Below the pieces are notes generated by a model. It was not told where the DNA came from and ran no database searches. It worked only from the letters and a program-made list of their open reading frames with translations. Shown piece after piece: positions 8,580-16,410 of a stretch of DNA of 35,926 bases. Source of the stretch: Alistipes sp. (lineage in GTDB: Bacteria; Bacillota; Clostridia; Lachnospirales; Lachnospiraceae). Both the position numbers and the translations under genes were made by a program. The stretch lies in the NCBI GenBank assembly GCA_023666775.1, contig JAMPBI010000002.1:1-35926 (forward strand). Direction: 5' to 3'. Each line of letters starts with the position of its first letter. The stretch's first letter is position 1.

Positions 8580-10601
8580 ATGGGAAAAACAGGTAAAAAA
8601 ATTCTAAAGTTGACCACGGCATTACTTTTAACGGTTGTATTGATAATTCCGTTAAACGTTAATGCCCAAACAAATTCGGCGTCGGATGTCATGCCTGAGG
8701 GAAGTGCTTTACAGCAGAACCAGGCGGAAGATGATGTCGTGCTTACAGAAAAATATTCCAATACGGACACCGAGATGGTGATTTTAGACGGCGGCGAGAA
8801 ACGGGTACAGAGTTCCGGGTATGTATCAAAGAAGGGGCTTCAGGGAGCCAATCCTTTTTTGGATGCGCATTATGCGGATCTTGGAGTAACACAGACTCTT
8901 TATAACTGTAATCTTTTAGATATTATCGGAACGCCATCGGATCATGAGATAGTATATGTTTATAACGGAAAAACGTATTATTTTAATTATATCATGGGCT
9001 TAAGCACACAGACACATGCGTTAAATGAGGCTGGAATAGATATATCGGTAGTACTCTTGCTTCCTTATAAATCTCAATATGCTAATATGATTTATTCAGG
9101 CGCGCGGGGGGATACCGGAAGAACATATTATGCATGGAATTTGGATGATCCGGAGACAGCAGAGCTTTTTGAAGCGATTATAAATTTCCTGGCAGATACT
9201 TACAGTAAAAAAACAGGTGATGAGTGGGAAGTATATATCAAAAACTGGATTATCGGTAATGAAGTTAATATGCCGAATCATTGGAATTATACAGGAACGT
9301 TGGATCTTAATACAAATGTTAATTTATACGCAAGGCAGTTTAAGCTGGTTAGCGAGACCTTGGCACGCTATAGCGCGGAATATAATGCGGATATGAAAGC
9401 GTATATTTCAATCGAGCATAGTTGGATGGATAATGATGAGGGAAGGGGCATTGCCGGAAAAACATTTATTGATGCGTTTGCAGCCAGATTGAATGAAATT
9501 GCTCCGGGAATGAATTGGAATTTAGCGTATCACGCATATCCGGCGATTATGACCGATTCCAATATATGGAATTCAGGTTATACAACAAACGATATTAACA
9601 CCAGATTTATATCCGGTAAGAATCTTAATATTTTAACAAATTATATTAAGAATACTTATGGAAGTGATAAGAGGATTATTTTGTCAGAACAGGGCTTTAC
9701 GATGAGCGGCGGACAATATGCGCAGCAGGCGGCGGCACTTGCGTATACATATTATATGGCAGAGTTTGACGATATGATAGACGCTGTGATTTTCAGAAGT
9801 CTGCAGGATAATGATGCAGAAGCTGCACAGGGATTTAATTTTGGTCTGTTAAATAAAGACGAAAGCATGAGACCTGCGTATAATGTGTTTAAATATATGG
9901 ATACTGCATATTGGTATGAATATACAGCGGATTGCTTGTCAACTATAGGTATATCCGACTGGGCGCAGGTTATTCCCGGATTTAATGCGTTAAAATTTTC
10001 TAATGCGAATGGGTTATGCTTAGGCAGCGATGGAAATTGGCATTATTATGAAAATGGTGAAATTAATCGTAATTTTGTCGGAATGGCAGAAAATGAATAT
10101 GGCTGGTGGTATATTCGGAACGGTGAGATTGATTGGAGCTTTACCGGAATGGCGGAAAATGAGTATGGCTGGTGGTATTTTAGAAATGGTGCCATTGATT
10201 GGAGCTTTACCGGAATGGCAGAGAATATATATGGCTGGTGGTATTTCAGAAATGGCGCCATTGATTGGAGCTTTACCGGAATGGCGGAAAATGAGTATGG
10301 CTGGTGGTATTTTAGAAATGGTGCCATTGATTGGAGCTTTACCGGAATGGCAGAGAATATATATGGCTGGTGGTATTTTAGAGATGGCTCCATCGATTGG
10401 AACTATACCGGAATGGCAGAAAATGAGTATGGCTGGTGGTATATACGGAATGGATTTATTGATTGGAGTTTTACCGGCATTGCGGAGAATATGTATGGCA
10501 GATGGTATTATCAGAACGGACAAATTGCTTGGGGATATTCCGGAACCGTTGATTATGATGGAGTAACATATACGATTGTGAATGGAATAGTAGCAGAATA
10601 G
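8580..10601 (+). CDS. Secreted TIM-barrel glycoside-hydrolase-like protein (clan GH-A style NE...E) with a C-terminal 22-residue aromatic wall-binding repeat domain
   Basis: A signal peptide is present (…LNVNA/QT). WIIGNEVNMPNHW is a candidate acid/base motif and ILSEQGF, about 140 aa later, a candidate nucleophile. Eight 22-aa repeats (EYGWWYxRNGxIDWSFTGMAEN) follow. Confidence 0.75.
   Translation: MGKTGKKILKLTTALLLTVVLIIPLNVNAQTNSASDVMPEGSALQQNQAEDDVVLTEKYSNTDTEMVILDGGEKRVQSSGYVSKKGLQGANPFLDAHYADLGVTQTLYNCNLLDIIGTPSDHEIVYVYNGKTYYFNYIMGLSTQTHALNEAGIDISVVLLLPYKSQYANMIYSGARGDTGRTYYAWNLDDPETAELFEAIINFLADTYSKKTGDEWEVYIKNWIIGNEVNMPNHWNYTGTLDLNTNVNLYARQFKLVSETLARYSAEYNADMKAYISIEHSWMDNDEGRGIAGKTFIDAFAARLNEIAPGMNWNLAYHAYPAIMTDSNIWNSGYTTNDINTRFISGKNLNILTNYIKNTYGSDKRIILSEQGFTMSGGQYAQQAAALAYTYYMAEFDDMIDAVIFRSLQDNDAEAAQGFNFGLLNKDESMRPAYNVFKYMDTAYWYEYTADCLSTIGISDWAQVIPGFNALKFSNANGLCLGSDGNWHYYENGEINRNFVGMAENEYGWWYIRNGEIDWSFTGMAENEYGWWYFRNGAIDWSFTGMAENIYGWWYFRNGAIDWSFTGMAENEYGWWYFRNGAIDWSFTGMAENIYGWWYFRDGSIDWNYTGMAENEYGWWYIRNGFIDWSFTGIAENMYGRWYYQNGQIAWGYSGTVDYDGVTYTIVNGIVAE
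10029..10556 (+). repeat. Coding tandem repeats, 66-bp unit (22 aa) x 8, including a 132-bp higher-order repeat
   Basis: The spacing between successive GGAATGG motifs is 66 nt. The 66-mer at 10140-10205 is identical to 10272-10337. Confidence 0.9.
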
Positions 10602-10618
10602 TAATAAAATAGTCAGAG

Positions 10619-10654
10619 TAAGGGAGAAACAAGTTTTCTTCCTTACTTTTCTTA
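10619..10654 (+). terminator. Rho-independent terminator after the hydrolase gene
   Basis: GTAAGGGAGAAA-CAAG-TTTCTTCCTTAC forms a 12-bp stem with one G-U pair, followed by TTTTCTT. Confidence 0.6.
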
Positions 10655-10727
10655 TGTAAAAAGAATTGTGCAAATGAGAAAAATAGTGTATATTAGTTAA
10701 GACTTATAAAATGTGCAGGAGGCTTTT

Positions 10728-12680
10728 ATGAAGCAGAGAGTTAAATGGATCGATATAGCAAAAGGCATATGCATGATTTCAGTAATATTGGGACATTTGG
10801 GAGTTCCGGAAATCAATGATGTTGTTTATGCGTATCATTTGTCGCTTTTTTTCATATTAAGTGGATATACAATGAAAAAAAATGCGGTAAATATGGAATA
10901 TCTCAATAAGAAATTTAATTCGCTTCTTCGGCCATATTTCATTACATGTTTTTGTATAATATTGCTGGATATATTTAACTGTTTCATGTTATGGCATAAT
11001 ACTTCTGGCGAATACGTCACCAATATAATAGCAAATGACATCATTAAAGCATTTTGGGCTTCCGGGGCTATTACAAATTTTGGGGCTATTGAGATAGGAT
11101 TGAGGATTGGCGTGATTTGGTTTTTACCGGCGCTGTTCTTTTCTTTAATATTTGTACAAGTGATTATCAATTATATTGAAAATAAGAAAATACAGTGTAT
11201 TATAGTGGCTGTTTGTGCTTTTGCCGGTATGGTTTCGGCGAGATTTATCTGGCTTCCCTTTAGTATCCAGTCTGCCCTTATGGCAGCGCCATATATATTG
11301 TTAGGCTATGAGATAAGGCAGAGAAATTGGATAAATAGACTAAATCTAAAGGTGTTTTTGGGGTGTCTTATAATATTTTTATTGGGGATTAAAGGACATA
11401 TATCGCTTATAAGTTTTGTTAATGCCGACGCACCGGACTTTTTTCTTTCTTTCATTGTAGGGGTTGCGTCAAGTCTTTGCGTTATATATATATCGATTAA
11501 AGTGAAAACATGCAGACCGCTTGAACTGATTGGTAAATATTCGCTTTATTTTATGTGTATTCATTTGTTGGAAGCAGAACAGATGGGAAGTTGGAAATGG
11601 AACATTTTAGAATATTTTGGAATAAATAATAAAATTGTTAATTTCGTTGTGCCATTGCTTTTGATTTCCTTTATTGTATTTTTGATCATTACACTAAAGA
11701 AGGCGGCCGCCGGTTTTAAAACCAAAGGCAATAAAGAAGAAACCGGTATGAATGAGAATACAATTTCGGATATTGCTATGGGGGGGTTAGTAATATTATT
11801 AATTTTGGGAAATTATGAGATTGCTCCAAATTTCCGAAATATAGTATATAGTTTTCATATGATGGCGTTTGTTTTTTATTTAGGATATTGTTTCAATGGA
11901 ACAGCTTGTGAAAATATGAAATATACAATCTGGGGGCTGATAAAAACATTTCTTTTCCCATACGGTTGTTTTAGCGTTATTTACTGTTTGATAACACATG
12001 AAGGGATTGAAATAGAAGTGAAAAATGTTTTATTGGCATTTAGCTCTTCTATAGGGGCTGCGTATTTTGTTTTGCTGCTTTTTTTGGTGAGTTTGTTATA
12101 TTTGTGTATTGAAAAATACATAAATCAGGATTGGAAGAAACATGTTGTTGTTTTGCTTTTTTCTTTAAGCGGATATTTCATAGGAAAGTTGGGATTTGCG
12201 CTTCCGTGGAATGCGGATATAGCCGCATACAGTATTTTATTTTATCATATAGGGCATTGCTTTAAAAAGTGTAATATTATGTCATATGTATGTAACAGAT
12301 ATTATTGGTATTTTTTATTAAGCGTTATTTGGGCGTATATGATATACCAGGGAGGAATGGAAATCCCGGTTAGGCGTTATGGAAATTATTCGTGGAGCTT
12401 ATTGGGGGTGGTTTGTGGAAGTCTTCTGCTATATATGTTTTCAGGAAGTATTTTGAAAACAAACGGAAAAATTGTGAGGATACTGGAAATCATTGGTAAA
12501 AGCTATATATATATATTGATTGTGCACACACTTTTTAATTATCATGTATATAAATTGTGTAGTCGGTTATGGGAAGCAGGAACTTTTCCACATCTGGTAG
12601 TTATAGTCATAATTCAGGTTTTTGTAGGAATGGTAATTGCGTTGAGTGTTAATAAAATGGTTTATAGGAAACGAGGTTGA
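10728..12680 (+). CDS. Acyltransferase family 3 (AT3) membrane O-acyltransferase, internally duplicated (two AT3-like halves)
   Basis: RVKWIDIAKGICMISVILGHLG...YHLSLFFILSGY is the typical AT3 N-terminus. The second half repeats the pattern as ISDIAMGGLVILLILGNYE...FHMMAFVFYLGY. AGGAGG lies 5 nt before ATG 10728, whereas the track starts at GTG 10713. Confidence 0.8.
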   Translation: MKQRVKWIDIAKGICMISVILGHLGVPEINDVVYAYHLSLFFILSGYTMKKNAVNMEYLNKKFNSLLRPYFITCFCIILLDIFNCFMLWHNTSGEYVTNIIANDIIKAFWASGAITNFGAIEIGLRIGVIWFLPALFFSLIFVQVIINYIENKKIQCIIVAVCAFAGMVSARFIWLPFSIQSALMAAPYILLGYEIRQRNWINRLNLKVFLGCLIIFLLGIKGHISLISFVNADAPDFFLSFIVGVASSLCVIYISIKVKTCRPLELIGKYSLYFMCIHLLEAEQMGSWKWNILEYFGINNKIVNFVVPLLLISFIVFLIITLKKAAAGFKTKGNKEETGMNENTISDIAMGGLVILLILGNYEIAPNFRNIVYSFHMMAFVFYLGYCFNGTACENMKYTIWGLIKTFLFPYGCFSVIYCLITHEGIEIEVKNVLLAFSSSIGAAYFVLLLFLVSLLYLCIEKYINQDWKKHVVVLLFSLSGYFIGKLGFALPWNADIAAYSILFYHIGHCFKKCNIMSYVCNRYYWYFLLSVIWAYMIYQGGMEIPVRRYGNYSWSLLGVVCGSLLLYMFSGSILKTNGKIVRILEIIGKSYIYILIVHTLFNYHVYKLCSRLWEAGTFPHLVVIVIIQVFVGMVIALSVNKMVYRKRG

Positions 12681-12684
12681 GATA

Positions 12685-14412
12685 ATGAAAAACACATACG
12701 GTATTTTAGTTATTTTTTTAATTGTTTTTTGGGGAGGCATAATATTAAATCCCTTGAGCTTATTTGGAGCACAGTTTGATGGAGAAACAGAGGACTCCCC
12801 ATATGAAAAAGGTGGACTGGTTCATATGGAAGTGTTAGAAAACGTTTCCTTAGAAGATGAAATTTCGCTTCAAAATCATGAAAATAATTTACCTTCTAAA
12901 TATATGGTTGGTGATGAATTATATTGGAAAAATTTTTCCGGTTCTTTCTATTATGAACAGATGCCGGATAAAATTAAAAAGTTATGGAAACAGATGGAAC
13001 AGGCGTGCATATTAGCGGCTGTTTCTGATCAGGATTGCAGTTTTGTAAGTGTTCAAGTAAATAGTTCGGATAATTTTTCAAGGCAGGAAATTGTAGATTT
13101 TATTTTGATTTTTAAATATTCTAATCCGCAATATTATTTCTTATCAAATAAGATGTTTATAAATAGCGTAGACGACGAAAGAAATGTGGGAATTTATTTA
13201 TATGAAGAATTTAAAGATGGCACTGTAAGAAAAAAAGCAACGGAAATGTTCACTCAAAAGATGAATAATTGGATTGCCGTGATACAGAAAGAAAAGTATG
13301 ATGAAGATAAACTTAAAGCCGCGCACGATATAATTGTCCAAAATACGAAATACGGATATGGAACGTATGACCAATCTGCGTATAGCATGGTTTGCGAGGG
13401 TGTGACGGTTTGTGCGGGATATACGGCGGCGTTGCAAATGCTTTTGAATGCGGTTGGTATTGAAACAGCAGAGGTTACCAGTGATTCCCATAGCTGGAAT
13501 ATTGTCAGACTTCATGATTATTGGTATAATGTAGACGTTACATGGGCTGACAGTACGGTTGTTATATATGATTATTACAATAAAAGTGATGTAACATTTA
13601 GGGCAAATACAACGATGCATGATCCGGAGACTATTTGGGATGGATTATTGCCGGAAATGAAGTATGATTCGGTTGCTTTAAAGAGAACCGCGTATAGGCC
13701 TGCTTATATTCAAGACGGAGGATATGATTATTTTATCATAAATGATAATCTATCTATTGAAGCTGCTTTGGTAAAGGTTATTGGAATTGGCGGTGAGGTT
13801 ATTGACAGAGTCCCGAATATCCTTGTTTATGGAGATAAGGCATATTCAGTTACAAATTTTGATGAGTTATTGTTGTCTGTTAATGGGTTAAATTTAGGAG
13901 ATGATGGTATATGGCATTATTATAATTACGGTCTGATTAACGATTTTTTTGTAGGAATGGCAGAAAATGAATACGGCTGGTGGTATATAACAGATGGTCA
14001 GGTCAATTGGACTTATACGGGAATGGCAGAAAATGAGTATGGCTGGTGGTATTATCATGACGGACAGCTAGACTGGGATTACACAGGAATGACATGTAAT
14101 GAATACGGCTGGTGGTATTATCGTAATGGACGGCTGGACTGGGATTATACGGGAATGGCATGTAATGAATACGGCTGGTGGTATTATCGTAATGGACGGC
14201 TGGACTGGGATTATACGGGAATGGCATGTAATGAATATGGCTGGTGGTATTATCGTGACGGACAGCTGGACTGGGATTACACGGGAATGGCAGAAAACGA
14301 ATATGGCTGGTGGTATTATTCCAATGGAATGATTGACTGGTCTTATACCGGCTTTGGAGAAAATCAGTACGGACAATGGTATTTTGAGAATGGACGTATT
14401 GTATACGATTGA
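12685..14412 (+). CDS. Secreted transglutaminase-like (Cys-His-Asp papain-fold) protein with a C-terminal 22-residue wall-binding repeat domain
   Basis: A signal peptide follows ATG 12685, with GAGGT upstream; the track start at 12646 overlaps the previous gene. The core motif is CAGYTAALQMLLNAVGI...HSWNIV...NVDVTWAD (C...H...D). Seven full 22-aa repeats plus a terminal partial repeat follow. Confidence 0.78.
   Translation: MKNTYGILVIFLIVFWGGIILNPLSLFGAQFDGETEDSPYEKGGLVHMEVLENVSLEDEISLQNHENNLPSKYMVGDELYWKNFSGSFYYEQMPDKIKKLWKQMEQACILAAVSDQDCSFVSVQVNSSDNFSRQEIVDFILIFKYSNPQYYFLSNKMFINSVDDERNVGIYLYEEFKDGTVRKKATEMFTQKMNNWIAVIQKEKYDEDKLKAAHDIIVQNTKYGYGTYDQSAYSMVCEGVTVCAGYTAALQMLLNAVGIETAEVTSDSHSWNIVRLHDYWYNVDVTWADSTVVIYDYYNKSDVTFRANTTMHDPETIWDGLLPEMKYDSVALKRTAYRPAYIQDGGYDYFIINDNLSIEAALVKVIGIGGEVIDRVPNILVYGDKAYSVTNFDELLLSVNGLNLGDDGIWHYYNYGLINDFFVGMAENEYGWWYITDGQVNWTYTGMAENEYGWWYYHDGQLDWDYTGMTCNEYGWWYYRNGRLDWDYTGMACNEYGWWYYRNGRLDWDYTGMACNEYGWWYYRDGQLDWDYTGMAENEYGWWYYSNGMIDWSYTGFGENQYGQWYFENGRIVYD
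13903..14409 (+). repeat. Coding tandem repeats, 66-bp unit, with one perfect 66-bp tandem duplication
   Basis: 14095-14160 is identical to 14161-14226 (tgtaatgaatacggctggtggtattatcgtaatggacggctggactgggattatacgggaatggca). Confidence 0.9.
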
Positions 14413-14434
14413 CAGGAAGAAAGGAAAGAGGAGT

Positions 14435-16279
14435 ATGAAGAGAAAAAGTATTGTTTCTATTATTTTGGTGCTAATGTTGGTATTTAGTAATTTGCATTGG
14501 AATTATGATACAATATATGCAGGGGAACAGGACGAATTTTATCAAATGACGGAAGAGAATATTGTTCAGGCGTTGCTTTATTTATGCGATAGTTATGATA
14601 TTAAAGCATTGCCGGATTTAAATAGTGAATCGGTGGTTACGATTTATTCAGGACAAACAGTAAATCTTGTTGGTATTGAGATTGTTGATGTTGATGTATG
14701 GTATAAGGTGAGGACGGCAATTAGTGATATTGAATATGAGGGATATATAGAGAGGGATTACCTTCTTTGTACAAATGAATTACTTATTGAATGGGAGAAG
14801 GAGAATATTAGCTGGGAGTATCTTAACAAGGCAGTTCTGTATTCGAGTTATGCCGATATAGAACAATTTCCTGAGAGTTATCGTGCATACTTATATGAAT
14901 TGAAGGCAGCGCATCCTAATTGGAATTTTGTTAAGTTTAATACAAATCTGGACTGGAATACGGTTGTAAATAATCAGATGTATGAAGGCAGGAATTTAGT
15001 ACCTTCAAGTTATGGCGAGGCATGGAAAACGGGGAGATATGATAATAATTGGAGTATGGCGTCAAGGGCGGCAGTTCAATATTATTTAGATCCGAGAAAT
15101 TATCTTAATGAGACCTATATATTCGCAATGGAGCAATTAACATACAATGCGACATATCATAATCTTAATGGTGTGCAAAATATTATAAACGGAACGTTTA
15201 TGGAAGGAGAGATACCGGGAGAAGGTATTGGATATGCGCAGGCATTTTATGAAATAGGGAGTGAAATCGGAGTCAGTCCGTATCACCTTGCAAGCCGGGT
15301 TAAGCAGGAACAGGGAGTGGCGGGAACTTCACCGCTTATTTCCGGCGAATATCCGGGATTTGAGCATTTATATAATTATTTTAATATAAAAGCAAGTGGA
15401 GTAACAAATACGCAAATATTTGTCAATGGCTTAACATATGCAAGGGAGGCAGGCTGGGTAACCAGATGGCTGGCATTAAAGGGAGGCTCACAATTTATTG
15501 CCAATAGTTATATTTTGAGGTTTCAGGATACCCCATATCTTCAAAAATTTGATGTTGATGCCAGTTATGATGGTTTATATATGCATCAGTATATGCAGAA
15601 TATAGTAGCCCCAATGAGTGAGGGGAAGACGATGAAGAATGCATATACAAAGTCAAATAGCATTGATAATGTGTTTTCTTTTAAAATCCCTGTATATGAT
15701 AATATGCCTGATTATGCTTCGCCGGTTCCGGGTGATAATGCTAATTTATCCGGATTGCAGATGGGAAATGACGGAATTTGGAGATACTATAGAAATGGTA
15801 CTGTCGCGTATGACTTCACAGGAATGGCAGAGAATGAATATGGCTGGTGGTATATCACGGACGGTGAAATAGATTGGAATTACACGGGAATGGCAAGTAA
15901 CGAATATGGCTGGTGGTATTACCGGAACGGACAGTTGGATTGGACATATACAGGAATGGCATGCAACGAATACGGCTGGTGGTATTACCGGGACGGACAG
16001 CTGGACTGGGCTTATACGGGAATGGCGTGTAATGAATATGGCTGGTGGTATTACCGAAGCGGACAGTTGGATTGGACATATACAGGAATGGCATGTAATG
16101 AATATGGCTGGTGGTATTATCGGGACGGGCAGTTGGATTGGACATATACAGGAATGGCAGAAAATGAGTATGGCTGGTGGTATTACCAGAATGGAAACTT
16201 AGACTGGACTTATACTGGTTATGCTTCAAATGAGTATGGTGAATGGCATTTTACCAACGGGGTTATTGATTGGACGTAA
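14435..16279 (+). CDS. Secreted peptidoglycan hydrolase: SH3b domain plus GH73-like N-acetylglucosaminidase domain plus a C-terminal 22-residue wall-binding repeat domain
   Basis: A signal peptide follows ATG 14435, with AAGAGGAG upstream. An SH3b-like segment reads VVTIYSGQTVNLVG...VWYKVR. GVSPYHLASRVKQEQG...YNYFNIKASG...TPYLQKFDV resembles clostridial GH73 autolysins. Seven full 22-aa repeats plus a partial repeat follow. Confidence 0.75.
   Translation: MKRKSIVSIILVLMLVFSNLHWNYDTIYAGEQDEFYQMTEENIVQALLYLCDSYDIKALPDLNSESVVTIYSGQTVNLVGIEIVDVDVWYKVRTAISDIEYEGYIERDYLLCTNELLIEWEKENISWEYLNKAVLYSSYADIEQFPESYRAYLYELKAAHPNWNFVKFNTNLDWNTVVNNQMYEGRNLVPSSYGEAWKTGRYDNNWSMASRAAVQYYLDPRNYLNETYIFAMEQLTYNATYHNLNGVQNIINGTFMEGEIPGEGIGYAQAFYEIGSEIGVSPYHLASRVKQEQGVAGTSPLISGEYPGFEHLYNYFNIKASGVTNTQIFVNGLTYAREAGWVTRWLALKGGSQFIANSYILRFQDTPYLQKFDVDASYDGLYMHQYMQNIVAPMSEGKTMKNAYTKSNSIDNVFSFKIPVYDNMPDYASPVPGDNANLSGLQMGNDGIWRYYRNGTVAYDFTGMAENEYGWWYITDGEIDWNYTGMASNEYGWWYYRNGQLDWTYTGMACNEYGWWYYRDGQLDWAYTGMACNEYGWWYYRSGQLDWTYTGMACNEYGWWYYRDGQLDWTYTGMAENEYGWWYYQNGNLDWTYTGYASNEYGEWHFTNGVIDWT
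15770..16276 (+). repeat. Coding tandem repeats, 66-bp unit, same length (507 bp) as the array in the preceding gene
   Basis: EYGWWYYR(N/D/S)GQLDWTYTGMA(C/E)N units are repeated. The DNA shares long identical stretches (for example ggaatggcagaaaatgagtatggctggtggtat) with the other two arrays. Confidence 0.9.
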
Positions 16280-16287
16280 ACTATATG

Positions 16288-16337
16288 AAAGGAATGTTTG
16301 CCTGGTATGGGTTTAGGCAGACATTCCTTTTGTTTTT
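16288..16337 (+). terminator. Strong rho-independent terminator closing the AT-rich locus
   Basis: AAAGGAATGTTTGCCT-(11-nt loop)-AGGCAGACATTCCTTT forms a 16-bp stem with one G-U pair, followed by TGTTTTT. Confidence 0.75.
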
Positions 16338-16355
16338 AGGAAAATGTTTCTTTTA

Positions 16356-16384
16356 TTGCCATAATTTTTCCGTTGTAGTACAAT
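16356..16384 (+). promoter_or_regulatory. Putative sigma-A promoter (TTGCCA-17 nt-TACAAT) for the manC-like/manA fusion gene
   Basis: The hexamers lie at 16356-16361 and 16379-16384, with a hand-counted 17-nt spacer. GAGGTG precedes ATG 16411. Confidence 0.4.
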
Positions 16385-16410
16385 AATATCATTACGAGGT
16401 GACAAGATAT

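Noticed and set aside
10020-10673. Long ORFs on the minus strand and in alternative plus frames across the repeat arrays. Examples are 10020-10673 (-), 10030-10566 (+), 10046-10393 (-), 14068-14376 (-), 14099-14332 (+), 15855-16229 (-) and 15906-16202 (+).
   Set aside because: These are by-products of a stop-free 66-nt periodic sequence. Their translations are themselves periodic nonsense repeats, and they lie entirely inside well-supported + strand genes with signal peptides and catalytic domains.
10029-16276. Regularly spaced direct repeats that could superficially resemble a CRISPR array.
   Set aside because: The repeats are contiguous 66-nt coding units with no unique spacers. They are in frame within three proteins, and there are no cas genes in the window.
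1-16337. The AT-rich left-hand 16 kb as a prophage, ICE or transposon.
   Set aside because: The region has no integrase, recombinase, transposase, phage structural gene, terminal inverted repeat or flanking direct repeat. Its content is coherent polysaccharide and wall-enzyme biosynthesis, which fits a variable glycan locus better than a mobile element.
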